Source: Desulfatiglandales bacterium
GTDB taxonomy: Bacteria; Desulfobacterota; DSM-4660; Desulfatiglandales; Desulfatiglandaceae
Direction of reading: 5' to 3'
DNA: 64,000 bases
Assembly: GCA_963662465.1 (NCBI GenBank)
Contig: OY759599.1
Span: 2,176,001-2,240,000 of the forward strand
Part shown: piece by piece, positions 28,775 through 38,987 of the stretch
Numbering within the stretch: position 1 is the stretch's first letter
How the letters are laid out: every line of letters begins with the position of its first letter
Translations under genes and position numbers: made by a program
Notes under the pieces: generated by a model
The model's database searches: none
The model's input: only the letters and a program-made list of their open reading frames with translations
Told to the model about the DNA's origin: nothing

Positions 28775-29713
28775 TCATTCGTCCCTTAACCGGCGCCCCA
28801 AATATTCTTCCCGGATATTGGGATCGAACCAGATCTCCTGAATAAAGCGCCCGATATCCTCCTGGTACTTGAGGAAACATCCCAGGGTTTCCTGGACCAC
28901 GGCTTCATCCAGATACTTTTTTTCCATGACCATCAGGGCTTTCGCCCAGTCAAGGGTTTCGGAAATCCCGGGCTTTTTCAAAAAATCAAAGGACCTGATC
29001 TTCTGCATAAAATGGGTAACCTGCCCGGCAAACCGCGATTCAATTCCCGGCAGGCGGGTCATGATGATCTCGTACTCCTTTTCAAAGGTGGGATAATCAA
29101 TCCAGTGATACAGGCAACGCCGCTTCAGGGCGTCATGAACATCACGGGTGCGGTTGGAGGTTACCACCACCATGGGTTTCTTTTTGGCTTTCAGGGTGCC
29201 GATCTCGGGGATGGTGATTTGAAAATCGCTCAGCACTTCCAAAAGAAAGGCTTCAAACTCCTCATCGGATCGGTCAATTTCATCAATGAGAAGAACGGGG
29301 GCTTTTTCATCGGACTTCCGAATGGCCTCCAGCAGGGGGCGTTCCACCAAAAATTCGGGACTGTAAATGAGCGCCTCAATCTCATCTTGTTTCTTTTCTC
29401 CCCGTTCTTCAAGCCTGATGTGTAAAAGCTGTTTGGGATAATTCCATTCATAAAGGGCTGTTGAAGCGTCCAGACCCTCATAGCACTGAAGACGGATCAG
29501 ATCCGTTTGAAAAAGCCGGCTCATGACAATGGCCACTTCCGTCTTACCCACACCCGGTTCGCCTTCCAGAAAAATAGGTTTTTCGAGTTTGTGGGCTAAA
29601 AAAAGTACGGTTGCCAGAGCACGATCCGCCACATAATGCCCCTCGGCCAACTCGCTAACCACCTGTTCTATTGATTCGAAATGGGAAAACAAAAGTTCCT
29701 CCTTCCACGCCAA
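28775..29713 (-). CDS. MoxR-family AAA+ ATPase (CoxD-like)
   Basis: GEPGVGKT, RLQCYEG, LLIDEIDR, DALKRRC. Confidence 0.92.
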   Translation of the reverse strand: MAWKEELLFSHFESIEQVVSELAEGHYVADRALATVLFLAHKLEKPIFLEGEPGVGKTEVAIVMSRLFQTDLIRLQCYEGLDASTALYEWNYPKQLLHIRLEERGEKKQDEIEALIYSPEFLVERPLLEAIRKSDEKAPVLLIDEIDRSDEEFEAFLLEVLSDFQITIPEIGTLKAKKKPMVVVTSNRTRDVHDALKRRCLYHWIDYPTFEKEYEIIMTRLPGIESRFAGQVTHFMQKIRSFDFLKKPGISETLDWAKALMVMEKKYLDEAVVQETLGCFLKYQEDIGRFIQEIWFDPNIREEYLGRRLRDE

Positions 29714-29817
29714 GCCGGGTCAGAAAAAAACACATCCTTGATTTGAAAACTGCTATACTTTATGATTGGGATTGAGGTCAAGACATTACCCCTTATCAAG
29801 GATAACCATCCTCGGCC

Positions 29818-30054
29818 ATGAGAAAAAAAAAGAAAAAGGAAAAAACCCCCTCCCCTGAATTATTGAGCAAACTGGTAATTCTGGAAAATACAGCGGCGGA
29901 AAAGGGAATACAAGTTCATTATGACCGACTTGAGGCTGCGGGCCTGAGGCTCAACGGCGGTCTATGCGCCCTCAATGGAGAATCTCACCTTTTTATTGAA
30001 AAGCGCAAATCCATTGCGGACAAGATCGATTTTCTCAAGCATTATCTTGATTGA
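29818..30054 (+). CDS. small hypothetical protein
   Basis: 78 aa, GGLCALNGE motif, divergent from the MoxR gene. Confidence 0.6.
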   Translation: MRKKKKKEKTPSPELLSKLVILENTAAEKGIQVHYDRLEAAGLRLNGGLCALNGESHLFIEKRKSIADKIDFLKHYLD

Positions 30055-30057
30055 CAC

Positions 30058-31440
30058 ATGTCAGTCATGAAAATTTCGGTCGGAAGGGATAAACAAAAAT
30101 TCATGGAAGACCTGATACCTCAGCGAAACCGACAGAAAAAAGCCATTCATGGAAAACGGATGATCTTCTTGTATGCCACAGTGTTCCTTCAGCTTTTTTT
30201 TCTGTTCCACCCCCCTGATTCGGACGCCAAAAAATGCATTTCATGCGAACGTCAAATCAAAAGCAGCGACTCCTTCCTGGTGGCAACATCCTCGGGAAAA
30301 ATACTCTTTGAAAAAAATGCCGGAAAACAGCGCATTCCAGCATCGACCCTCAAGGTATTGACAGCCCTGGCGGCACTCAACCATTTTGGACCTTCCTATC
30401 GCTTTCAGACGGAATTCTACATGGATCCCCATCAAAATTTGAAAATCAAGGGATATGGCGACCCGCTGCTCATCTCTGAAGTCCTGCATCAGATAGCGGA
30501 CATCGTGTCAAAACGGACGGGGTCTTTCCGAAACATTATTTTGGACAACACCTATTTTTCATCCCGAATCAGCGTACCCGGATGCGAAAACACAACGAAC
30601 CCCTATGATGCGCCCATTGGCGCCCTGTGCGCAAATTTTAATACCATCGCCTTTAAATTCAGAAAAAACAGACCTTGTTCCACCGAAAGCCAAACGCCCA
30701 TGGTCCCTTTCATGGCGCATCAAATTCGAGCCCTGGGCCTCCAAAGCGGCAGGAGAACCTTCACCCACAATTCAAAAGAGGCGGCCCTTTATGTGGGAGA
30801 ATTACTTCGACATCTTTTGAAAGAAAGAGGCGTCAAAACCCGGGGGACCATCCGTTTCGGCACGGTTCTCCCCTCGGACACCCTCATCTTCACCTACAAA
30901 TCCATATTTCCCCTGGAAACAGTTGTGGAAAAAATGCTTCATTCTTCCAGCAACTTTATGGCCAATCAGATTTTTGTTGCACTTGGGGCTTCGGTTTACG
31001 GCCCGCCGGGCACCCTGGCCAAAGGCATCCGGGCAACCCAGGCGTATATCAAAAAAGAACTGGGTCTAAAACATATTAAACTGGTTGAGGGGTCCGGCTT
31101 ATCGCGGCAAAATCATCTCTCCGCATACGATATGCTGGCCATTCTGGAAAAATTCAAACCCTATAGAAATCTTCTTAAAAGACAGGATCAAGTTCTTTAC
31201 AAAACGGGCTCTCTTAAGGGCATCAGCGCACGGACCGGATACATCGAGGACCCACCCTTTGCACCATACTACTTTGCCGTCTTTTTTAACCGAACAGGAT
31301 CAAACATGGCAACCATGGTCAGCTGCCTTAAAAAGGCAATTGAAAAGGCGGCCGGCAGCCAAACGGGATTGATTAAAGTACACCCCCGGCAGGACGCTCC
31401 CACTTTTTCAAACATCACGCAGTCCTTCCCTAAACCCTGA
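30058..31440 (+). CDS. dacB: D-Ala-D-Ala carboxypeptidase/endopeptidase (PBP4, peptidase S13); true start probably further downstream
   Basis: PASTLK, GYGDP, SSN, GSGLSR, KTG. Confidence 0.88.
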   Translation: MSVMKISVGRDKQKFMEDLIPQRNRQKKAIHGKRMIFLYATVFLQLFFLFHPPDSDAKKCISCERQIKSSDSFLVATSSGKILFEKNAGKQRIPASTLKVLTALAALNHFGPSYRFQTEFYMDPHQNLKIKGYGDPLLISEVLHQIADIVSKRTGSFRNIILDNTYFSSRISVPGCENTTNPYDAPIGALCANFNTIAFKFRKNRPCSTESQTPMVPFMAHQIRALGLQSGRRTFTHNSKEAALYVGELLRHLLKERGVKTRGTIRFGTVLPSDTLIFTYKSIFPLETVVEKMLHSSSNFMANQIFVALGASVYGPPGTLAKGIRATQAYIKKELGLKHIKLVEGSGLSRQNHLSAYDMLAILEKFKPYRNLLKRQDQVLYKTGSLKGISARTGYIEDPPFAPYYFAVFFNRTGSNMATMVSCLKKAIEKAAGSQTGLIKVHPRQDAPTFSNITQSFPKP

Positions 31441-31456
31441 ACCTAGACGCCGCTGC

Positions 31457-31735
31457 TTATTTTTTGAAAAGCGCCTCAAGGGCTGCTTTCGCATCGTCGG
31501 TCCTGCCGTTCCTTTTCACGGGCGTCCCTCTCGGACTGTAATATCCACAAAAATTGGCCCGTTCTTTGTCCGTAATGCGCTCCGCCATCACTTCTTTGCA
31601 TTCATTATAGGCATGATGGTCAAAAAACTGACACTGCTTGCAGCATCTCAAATCCATTGAACAGTGAGGACACGTGTCATTTCGCATCACCTTATCTTCC
31701 AATATAATCTCCGCCCCACAAAAAGCACAATTCAT
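31457..31735 (-). CDS. small Cys-rich hypothetical protein
   Basis: Three CxxC-type pairs, KERANFCGY, C-terminal LEALFKK; GGAGG RBS. Confidence 0.8.
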   Translation of the reverse strand: MNCAFCGAEIILEDKVMRNDTCPHCSMDLRCCKQCQFFDHHAYNECKEVMAERITDKERANFCGYYSPRGTPVKRNGRTDDAKAALEALFKK

Positions 31736-31823
31736 CAGACTTCCTCCATAATTAACAATCACCATTATGTTCCCACCGGAACAAAAAATTGACAAACCAA
31801 ATTGAAACGCCTACTCTTTTTTT

Positions 31824-31907
31824 ATGGATTTAAACAGACCCGAATTTGGGACCTTCGACCATACCGCTGACCTGGGGCTCGTGGTAATTAGAAATTCAAA
31901 TGGTTGA
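31824..31907 (+). pseudogene. archease N-terminal remnant
   Basis: Manual translation MDLNRPEFGTFDHTADLGLVV; DHTAD is the archease signature. Confidence 0.7.
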
Positions 31908-32185
31908 CCGGATTTACGATCATGAAACAGACTTTTGGCGCCTGTTGCCACGGCAAGGGCCGCGTCCTCAGCCGAACACAGGCGCTGAAAATAGCCAAGG
32001 GCCGATCAATCCATCGCGAATTGGAGGATAAAGGCGTCTTTGTTCAATCCAGGAGCAAACGAATTCTTAAAGAGGAAATGCCGCAAGCCTACAAGAACGT
32101 ATTCCAAGTCGTTCGAGTGGTCCATGAAACCGGGCTGGCTCACAAAGTTGCCAGGTTAAGACCGTTGGGCGTTACTAAAGGTTGA
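31904..32185 (+). pseudogene. rtcB: RtcB RNA ligase C-terminal remnant
   Basis: TFGACCHGKGRVLSR...EEMPQAYKNV...KVARLRPLGVTKG. Confidence 0.85.
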
Positions 32186-32424
32186 AAGGTCTGTCAGGCA
32201 GCCGAAATTTTCTGTCATCATGTTTAAAAGCTATCTTTACTTTTTTGATTCCCTCAGGTCAACCAAAAAAACGACGGACCCTTTCAACGGGGTTCCATCA
32301 GCCATTCCAAACGAAGATAGGCAAATTTGCCATGCCCGCAAGATAAGAAATTCTCGGTAACCGGTCAAGGACAACCCTTTTCCACTTGACGCATTCAACG
32401 AATTTTCCTATTTTCCCCGTCATC

Positions 32425-33234
32425 ATGGAAAAAGAAAACAGAACAGCATCCATCATCCTGGCCGCCGGTCGCGGCAGCCGCATGAAAGGCTATGAGGGCA
32501 ATAAAACCCTTCTACCGTTGGTTCCCGAAGCTTCACCCTTTTCGGGAAAACAGCCAATCCTGTTTCATATTATTGAAAACCTGCCGCCCGGTCCAAAGGC
32601 AGTGATAGTCAACCACAAAAAAGAAGACATCCGCAAGGCGACCCGCCGCCTTGGCATCGCCTATTGCGAACAACCCGTCCTGAACGGTACCGGGGGCGCG
32701 CTGCTTTCAGCCACACCTTTCCTGAAAACACGGGACTACCAGCAGGCCATCATCACCATGGGAGACGTGCCTTTTGTGGCGCCGGACACTTATTTAACGA
32801 TGCTTAAAGCGCTTGAAATCCATGGTCTGGTGGTCCTGGGCTTTATGCCCAGGGACAAAAAACAATACGGCGTGCTTGAAATCCGGGAAAATCAGGTCCG
32901 GAGAATCATTGAATGGAAATACTGGAAACATTATCCGGAAGAAAAACAACGGGCGTTGCCGGTCTGCAATTCAGGGATCTATGCGGCAAAAAAAGAGACC
33001 CTCCTTCATTCCCTTTCAGTCATGGCATCAAAACCCCATGTGGTGCAAAAAGAGGTTGACGGCGTTATCCGCGATCAGGAAGAATTTTTTATCACGGACA
33101 TGGTGGAACATCTGGCCGGGGAAGGACACACCGTTGGATGCATCATCGCCGCCGACGAAAACGAGGTGATGGGAATTGATGATCTTTCCGCCCTTTTAAG
33201 GGCGCAGGAAATATACCGAAGCCGCCCAAATTAA
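32425..33234 (+). CDS. nucleotidyltransferase resembling the GlmU N-terminal domain, stand-alone
   Basis: LAAGRGSRMK, GTGGA, GDVPF, YG, NSGIY, EFFITD; no hexapeptide domain. Confidence 0.85.
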   Translation: MEKENRTASIILAAGRGSRMKGYEGNKTLLPLVPEASPFSGKQPILFHIIENLPPGPKAVIVNHKKEDIRKATRRLGIAYCEQPVLNGTGGALLSATPFLKTRDYQQAIITMGDVPFVAPDTYLTMLKALEIHGLVVLGFMPRDKKQYGVLEIRENQVRRIIEWKYWKHYPEEKQRALPVCNSGIYAAKKETLLHSLSVMASKPHVVQKEVDGVIRDQEEFFITDMVEHLAGEGHTVGCIIAADENEVMGIDDLSALLRAQEIYRSRPN

Positions 33235-34268
33235 TCTCCGGACAAGATATGGCCGAGCTTTTCCAGGTCGCCGATGGGCCCGAGGGCGATCAATATGGTG
33301 CCGGCTTCCATTGCAACATTCGAAGATGGGTTAAAACTCATAACGCCCTCTTTGTCCCGAATGGCCACAATAATTACATTCATATCCTGTCGAATGCCCG
33401 AATCCTTTAAACGGACCCCGTTCAACTTGGATTTCTCTCCAACCTTCAACTCCTCCATTTTCAACGCAATGTTCTTATCCTGCATGGCAAAGTCAAAAAA
33501 GTCGGTCACGGCAGGCCTCAAAATCGTGTGAACCATCCTGAGCCCCCCGATCAAATAGGGCATGACCACTTTGTTGGCTCCCGCCCGAATCAACTTTTTT
33601 TCCGTCGCTTCCTGATCCGCCCGGGAAAGAATGAAAAGCCCTGGGTTCATGCCCCTGGCCGACATAGTGATAAAGAGGTTGTCGGCATCGGAAAGGACCA
33701 CCGTAACAAGACCTTTGGCCCGATGAATGCCGGCTTCCACCAGTACATCTTCGCTGGTGGCGTCATCAATGATATAGGGAATGCCGTGACTTCTCAATTT
33801 CTCCTTGGACTGGGGGTCCTGTTCGATCACCATGATGGGGATGCCGTTGGCCATCAGTTCCTGTGCAATCACCATCCCGATCCGCCCATACCCGCATAAA
33901 ATATAATGGTTCTTGATGTTTTTCAATTTTAATCCCAGCTTACGCCTGCCAATGAGATCTCGCACCTGAAATTCGACCATGATCTGTGCGACGATCCCAA
34001 GGGTATAGGCCATGATGCCCATACCCGCAAAAATAAGGAAAACCGTAAAAAGCCTTCCCGGCTCTGAAACCGTCCTCACTTCGCCATATCCTACGGTTGT
34101 AATTGTGATCACCGTCATATAGAGGGCATCCAGCAAAGGCCATCCCTCTATAAAAACATAGCCCACCGTGCCAAAAAAAAGGACCAGAGACAGCAGTAAG
34201 GCGCCCCGAATGATACTCCTGAAACCTTTGCTGGAAATGGCGTTTTCTTCACCCGTATTCTCACCCAC
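33231..34268 (-). CDS. two-TM potassium channel with RCK (TrkA-N/C) domains
   Basis: TTVGYG filter, GYGRIG. Confidence 0.92.
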   Translation of the reverse strand: MGENTGEENAISSKGFRSIIRGALLLSLVLFFGTVGYVFIEGWPLLDALYMTVITITTVGYGEVRTVSEPGRLFTVFLIFAGMGIMAYTLGIVAQIMVEFQVRDLIGRRKLGLKLKNIKNHYILCGYGRIGMVIAQELMANGIPIMVIEQDPQSKEKLRSHGIPYIIDDATSEDVLVEAGIHRAKGLVTVVLSDADNLFITMSARGMNPGLFILSRADQEATEKKLIRAGANKVVMPYLIGGLRMVHTILRPAVTDFFDFAMQDKNIALKMEELKVGEKSKLNGVRLKDSGIRQDMNVIIVAIRDKEGVMSFNPSSNVAMEAGTILIALGPIGDLEKLGHILSGD

Positions 34269-34270
34269 AT

Positions 34271-35311
34271 TTAAATCCCGGACGATGAACTAACCGCTTC
34301 CACGGTGAACTCACTCAGATCATCGGGAAGTTCAGCAAAAACAATCATGAAAGGAACCGTTGCGCCGGATGCCACATCAATATTTTGCCTTGCCATGCCG
34401 TCACGGTTGTCCGCTGCCTTTGTGATCTCATCCAATGGCAGCGTTTTGAGTTCCTCTTCGCTGAAGGTATTCCCCGCATAGGCGGTTTTAGCAATAACCA
34501 CACTCCCTTTATTGTTCAAGATACTCCCTTTAATCAAAATATAACGCCTGTTTTCCGGGTATTTGTTGCTAACCATCCCACGAATAACAAAGAGGGGGCC
34601 GCTTTTCTCTGAATCAACAAACACCCCGCTCACTGATCCGAACTGAAGAAGGCGGGCGCCGGCATCGGTTGCTTCCTTTTTTTCCGAAGAAGGCTTCACC
34701 AAGGAAAGCAGTGAAGGCGGAATCAAGTCGGCTTTCCACGCAACCACGGCGCCGCCGGCCCCCAAAAAAATGAGAACCAGCGGAATCACCACAGCCATGG
34801 AAAGCTTTGAGGATTTTCTTTTGGAAGACGATTCCCTTAGCAGGTCATCGTCCTTATCCGTATCATCTTCCATCGTATCCATGGAAGGAAAAGTTATAGC
34901 CGGGCGCCGACCCGATTGTTCTTCGTCCAGACCGGCTTCTTTAAATACATCCTCAAGCGCATCATCGGAACCGGTTTTCTCATCCGGACCACTGCGGTCC
35001 ACTTCCCTGAAAACATCCCGGTAAATAACGTCCAGGTCCGATTCCAACCCCAACCCCGTGCCGTTTTCTTTATCCTTTTGGCCGCCCTTTTCAACTTCGG
35101 CAATGACGGCATCCTTCTTTTCCACTGAGGCGGGGTCAAATTCTTCAAAAACGTCGGAAATTTCCACCTTTTCATCGGTTGGCGCAAGCGCCGAAGGGTA
35201 GGCGGTAAAAACATGGCGACATCGCGAGCATCTGACTTTTGTCCCCTCTTCCTTGAGCAAGGATTCATCGAGATTAAATACAGTTCGGCAGCTTTCACAC
35301 TGGATGACCAT
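34271..35311 (-). CDS. MJ0042-type zinc-ribbon/DUF3426 membrane protein
   Basis: CESC...VRCSRC, acidic linker, single TM, PFMIVF C-terminal domain. Confidence 0.8.
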   Translation of the reverse strand: MVIQCESCRTVFNLDESLLKEEGTKVRCSRCRHVFTAYPSALAPTDEKVEISDVFEEFDPASVEKKDAVIAEVEKGGQKDKENGTGLGLESDLDVIYRDVFREVDRSGPDEKTGSDDALEDVFKEAGLDEEQSGRRPAITFPSMDTMEDDTDKDDDLLRESSSKRKSSKLSMAVVIPLVLIFLGAGGAVVAWKADLIPPSLLSLVKPSSEKKEATDAGARLLQFGSVSGVFVDSEKSGPLFVIRGMVSNKYPENRRYILIKGSILNNKGSVVIAKTAYAGNTFSEEELKTLPLDEITKAADNRDGMARQNIDVASGATVPFMIVFAELPDDLSEFTVEAVSSSSGI

Positions 35312-35365
35312 AATACCCTCCCACGTAATGTATTTATCCTGCCTTAAAGCCTATTTAGCGGCCTT

Positions 35366-35893
35366 TTATTTCAAGCGGTAGATCTCAGGTAAATAGCGGT
35401 ATTCTTCATTACAATCAAGTCCGTAACCCACCAGAAAACCATCTTGAATCCGGAATCCGCAATAATCCACAAAAACATCTTTTTCTTTTCGTTCCAGTTT
35501 GTCAATCAGCGCACAGATTTTGAGAGAAGATGCTCCTCTTCGCTCAAATTGTTCTTTTAAATATGAAAGCGTTAACCCGGAATCTACAATGTCCTCAATC
35601 AAAATGACGGGTTTCCCCACAATAGGGATTTCAATATCTTTGGTCAGCCGAACCGATCCGCTGGACTGCATCTGAGAACCATAGCTGGCCGCCCGCACAA
35701 AATCCATTTTGGTAGGGATGCGTATGGCTCGCATTAAATCCGCAAAGAAAAAAATAGCGCCGTTAAGGACTCCGATCAAGACCGGCTCCTCCCCCTCATA
35801 ATCGGAGCTGATCTTTATTGCAAGCTCCAGAACACGCTGCTGAATCGCTTCCTTTGAAATACACAGTTCCCTTTCCAATCTCTCCCCTTTCAA
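35366..35893 (-). CDS. hpt: hypoxanthine phosphoribosyltransferase
   Basis: LNGAIFFFADL, IEDIVDSGLT, FLVGYGLD. Confidence 0.92.
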   Translation of the reverse strand: MKGERLERELCISKEAIQQRVLELAIKISSDYEGEEPVLIGVLNGAIFFFADLMRAIRIPTKMDFVRAASYGSQMQSSGSVRLTKDIEIPIVGKPVILIEDIVDSGLTLSYLKEQFERRGASSLKICALIDKLERKEKDVFVDYCGFRIQDGFLVGYGLDCNEEYRYLPEIYRLK

Positions 35894-35906
35894 CGGTTTT
35901 GAAGGT

Positions 35907-36010
35907 AACCCCTCATGACAAGAGGGTTTGCCACCCCCGCGGCTGAAAATAACATCTACCGCTTTTAAGCTAACAGCTAATCGCTAACGGCTGTATTTTC
36001 ATTGTAAAAC
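35907..36010 (+). repeat. ~105-bp dispersed repeat with GCTAAnn heptamers
   Basis: ATGACAAG...TGAAAATAACATCTACCGCTTTTAAGCTAACA...TATTTTCA; second copy 41196-41302. Confidence 0.85.
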
Positions 36011-36048
36011 ATATGAAAATACCATGTTTTTGTCAAACAATTGGCGCA

Positions 36049-36486
36049 TCACGACTTTTCGTCTAAAAAAGGCAGCCGTTCCCTTTTTCGGTAGGCAAGG
36101 GCCTGACAGGAAGCAATCAGCGTACCCTTTTCATCGGTAACGTTGATATCATAGGTGGCTGTTTTTTTTGAACGATGTCGTTCTCTGGATTCAGCCCTCA
36201 GTGTGCAATTAAACTCAGCCGGCGCATGGAACGTCACATTCACATTAAGGGCTACGGCCATCCTTCCGTGGGAATTGCATGAAACTTGAAATGCCTCATC
36301 CATCAGTGAAAAAATGGCGGCGCCATGAACCATACCGAAAATGTTGGCGACATCACTTTTGGGCCTCATCTCCACCACGGCGCGACCGGACGACAATTCG
36401 ACCAGTTTTAACCCCAATTTTTCCGCATAACCCTCAGTAGATACCCGCTCCATGATGGCGGATTTCACTTTTTCATCCATGGTCAA
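36049..36486 (-). CDS. PaaI-family hot-dog thioesterase
   Basis: NIFGMVHGAAIFSLMDEAF..SCNSHG. Confidence 0.9.
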   Translation of the reverse strand: MTMDEKVKSAIMERVSTEGYAEKLGLKLVELSSGRAVVEMRPKSDVANIFGMVHGAAIFSLMDEAFQVSCNSHGRMAVALNVNVTFHAPAEFNCTLRAESRERHRSKKTATYDINVTDEKGTLIASCQALAYRKRERLPFLDEKS

Positions 36487-38831
36487 TCTTCGCTCCCTTC
36501 TTTTCCAGAAACTCCCGTTTTAGGTAGAGACAAGGCATGCCTTGTCTCTCCCCCCCCCCCCGCGGAAGGAAAAACCACCGTAAACATGCTTCCGCCGGAA
36601 TGGTAACAATCAAGGGGCGTCTTACAATACTTGCACTGTGCAATATCCCCGGGACAAAAATCTTTCTCCTGGGACAAAAACCCGCACCGCGACGAAATCA
36701 TATCAATCTTAAAATTATAGCGCTCAGAAAAAATTTTCATACGTAATAAATCCGCTCCCTTGCCGCCGGCATTGAAATCGAATTCCCGTTTCGATGAATA
36801 ATCCATGGTACTCTGGGTGACCCAGAAGCCTTCAAAGATACGGCGCCGATCATCACCCGTGATCCCCACGCCGTAATCACGGACCACCAATTCCACGCTT
36901 TCTCCAACCGTTTGAACGTTGATCTCGACCTTTCCACCGTCCGGCGTATTCTCGATGGCATTCTTGATGAGCCCGAAAACGATCTTTTCCAAAACCGCCG
37001 CCGGCAAAAAAATGGGCGGAACATCTCCAAGATGGCAAATGAAATCGATATTTCGGCCACAAGATTCTACTTTGACCGTTTCCATTGCATCGGAAACAAA
37101 CCGATCCAGTAGAATTGCCTCCGGATCATCCTGTTTGGGTAGAAAGACGTCGTCAATCCGCTTTCTCAATTTTACGATAGAGACGCCCTCGCCCGTATCT
37201 TCTGCCACAAAGGACTCTAAAACGTCAATACACTCCTCCAGCAATACGGACATCAGATTGTGTGCATCATAGTGTTTCGCCTGCATAATGTCTTCCACTT
37301 CATACTGCAATTGAAGGATGCGGTCCAGATTGCGTCTAGCCCGTTTCATGGTGGGTTCCCAACGCGTCTCCGGCAATGTTGCCAGTCTTTTCCCCAGGAT
37401 ATTCATGGAAGCGCCCAACACTGCTACCGGCGTCTTCAATTCGTGGGAAAGATGATTGATCACCTTGTCCTTGGCCCGGCTCAGACCCGAAACTTCCTTG
37501 TAGGACTCTGTCAGGGCCTTTTTAAACCGTGCGTTTTCAATGGAAAGGGCAACGGTTCCCGAAATGGTATTCAGCACTTCGATATCCGTTTCATCGAAAT
37601 CCCCTCGCTTCTTATTGATGACGCATAACACCCCGATAATCCGGTCGCCGCTTCTTAAAGGGACATCCAGCATGTTTTTGGTTTGAAAACCGGCCTGTGC
37701 ATCCGCCACGGAATAATAATCGGAATCACTGGAAACATTCGTGACCAAAACCGGCTTGCCGGTGCGAATCACTTTGCCGGAGACCCCTTTGTCAGCCGGG
37801 TAACGGACCTCCTTTGCCCTTTTTTCGGTGGCAAGATCGTCATGGGCCGCACTCTTGAAATAGAGTTCGCCGGTTTCTTCATCCAGCAGGATCACCAGTG
37901 CCCCCTCGGCCTCCAGAAGGTTCTTGATTTCCCCACCGATATAGCTCAACAGATGGTCCAAATCAGAATATTCGGGAAGGGCCAGACTGGTACGCAGCAA
38001 TGCTTCGTTATTTCGTTGTATCCGTTTTTCCTGGGAAATATCCCGCAAAAGCGCCAGAAACCCCGAGGGTTTCCCTTCGGTTTCAGCATACACCGCAACA
38101 CTGAAAACCACATCCAGAACCCTGCCGTCCTTTGTGAGGCGCTGGGTTTCCTGGCGCAGGATGACCCGATCCCGCAACAGTTTTTCCCTGCTTTCACTGA
38201 CGGATTGTTCAAGATGGGCGGGAATATAGGGAATTTTTTTCCCCACCAGCTCCGACAAATGCCACCCGAAAGTTTCCGTAAACGCCGGATTCAGATAGGA
38301 AACCCGTCTGTCCAGTGTAAACACCACGATGGGGTACAGCAGAAAGTCAAGGAGGGTTCGAAATCGTCTTTCAGATGCCTCCAGTGCCCTCCGGGTCTTA
38401 AAACGACTGGTGACATCCCTGGCAATGCCGCGAAACCCCACGGTCTTACCATCTTTAGCGACAATCAAATTGGCCGAGAGCTCAATCATTCGGGTCTCAC
38501 CACTCTTGGCCTTGAATTTCCACATGAGATCGGAAAACCCCTTGCCGGTTCGATGAATCCGATTAAAGGTTTCAAGGGCTTTTTTTGCATGGACCGGTCT
38601 CATGAATTTCGAGAAATTCTGAAAGCGTACCTCTTCCGGTGGATATCCCAAAACCCTGCAAAAAGAGTTGTTAAAATAGAGAAAGTTACCCAGAAGATCC
38701 ACCTCGTAAACGCCTTCCTCAATATTTTCAATAAAGGCCTGGTAACGTTCACTGGAGACGCGGTCGCAGGAAACCGGAAGGCTTTCTTCAGAGACACTGC
38801 TTTCATTTTCGATTTTCTCGGAGTTTTTCAT
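36483..38831 (-). CDS. PAS-PAS-GAF histidine kinase with Cys-rich insert
   Basis: SHELKTP, NAIENTPDGG, DYGVG, NKKRGDF GAF motif. Confidence 0.9.
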   Translation of the reverse strand: MKNSEKIENESSVSEESLPVSCDRVSSERYQAFIENIEEGVYEVDLLGNFLYFNNSFCRVLGYPPEEVRFQNFSKFMRPVHAKKALETFNRIHRTGKGFSDLMWKFKAKSGETRMIELSANLIVAKDGKTVGFRGIARDVTSRFKTRRALEASERRFRTLLDFLLYPIVVFTLDRRVSYLNPAFTETFGWHLSELVGKKIPYIPAHLEQSVSESREKLLRDRVILRQETQRLTKDGRVLDVVFSVAVYAETEGKPSGFLALLRDISQEKRIQRNNEALLRTSLALPEYSDLDHLLSYIGGEIKNLLEAEGALVILLDEETGELYFKSAAHDDLATEKRAKEVRYPADKGVSGKVIRTGKPVLVTNVSSDSDYYSVADAQAGFQTKNMLDVPLRSGDRIIGVLCVINKKRGDFDETDIEVLNTISGTVALSIENARFKKALTESYKEVSGLSRAKDKVINHLSHELKTPVAVLGASMNILGKRLATLPETRWEPTMKRARRNLDRILQLQYEVEDIMQAKHYDAHNLMSVLLEECIDVLESFVAEDTGEGVSIVKLRKRIDDVFLPKQDDPEAILLDRFVSDAMETVKVESCGRNIDFICHLGDVPPIFLPAAVLEKIVFGLIKNAIENTPDGGKVEINVQTVGESVELVVRDYGVGITGDDRRRIFEGFWVTQSTMDYSSKREFDFNAGGKGADLLRMKIFSERYNFKIDMISSRCGFLSQEKDFCPGDIAQCKYCKTPLDCYHSGGSMFTVVFPSAGGGGETRHALSLPKTGVSGKEGSED

Positions 38832-38987
38832 GAAGCCCTGATCTCCTAAATTTTTATCCGTTTTTTTTTGCCTTTTGAAAAATTTCCTTATAGTATAAAA
38901 AAATAAATCTTTTTACAATATTCTACTACAACCTCTTTTTGCACAAAGATTGATTCGCAAAACACGAAAAATAGAGGGACCATTGAG

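Noticed and set aside
27583..29713. Aerobic CO dehydrogenase cluster
   Set aside because: Only CoxD/CoxE-like chaperones; no coxMSL structural genes in the window
37683..38849. 388-aa ORF and other long antisense ORFs (e.g. 13771-14778, 11711-12583, 50905-51753)
   Set aside because: Shadow frames of well-supported genes on the opposite strand
38850..38987. Rex operator upstream of rex
   Set aside because: No convincing TTGTGAA-N4-TTCACAA palindrome
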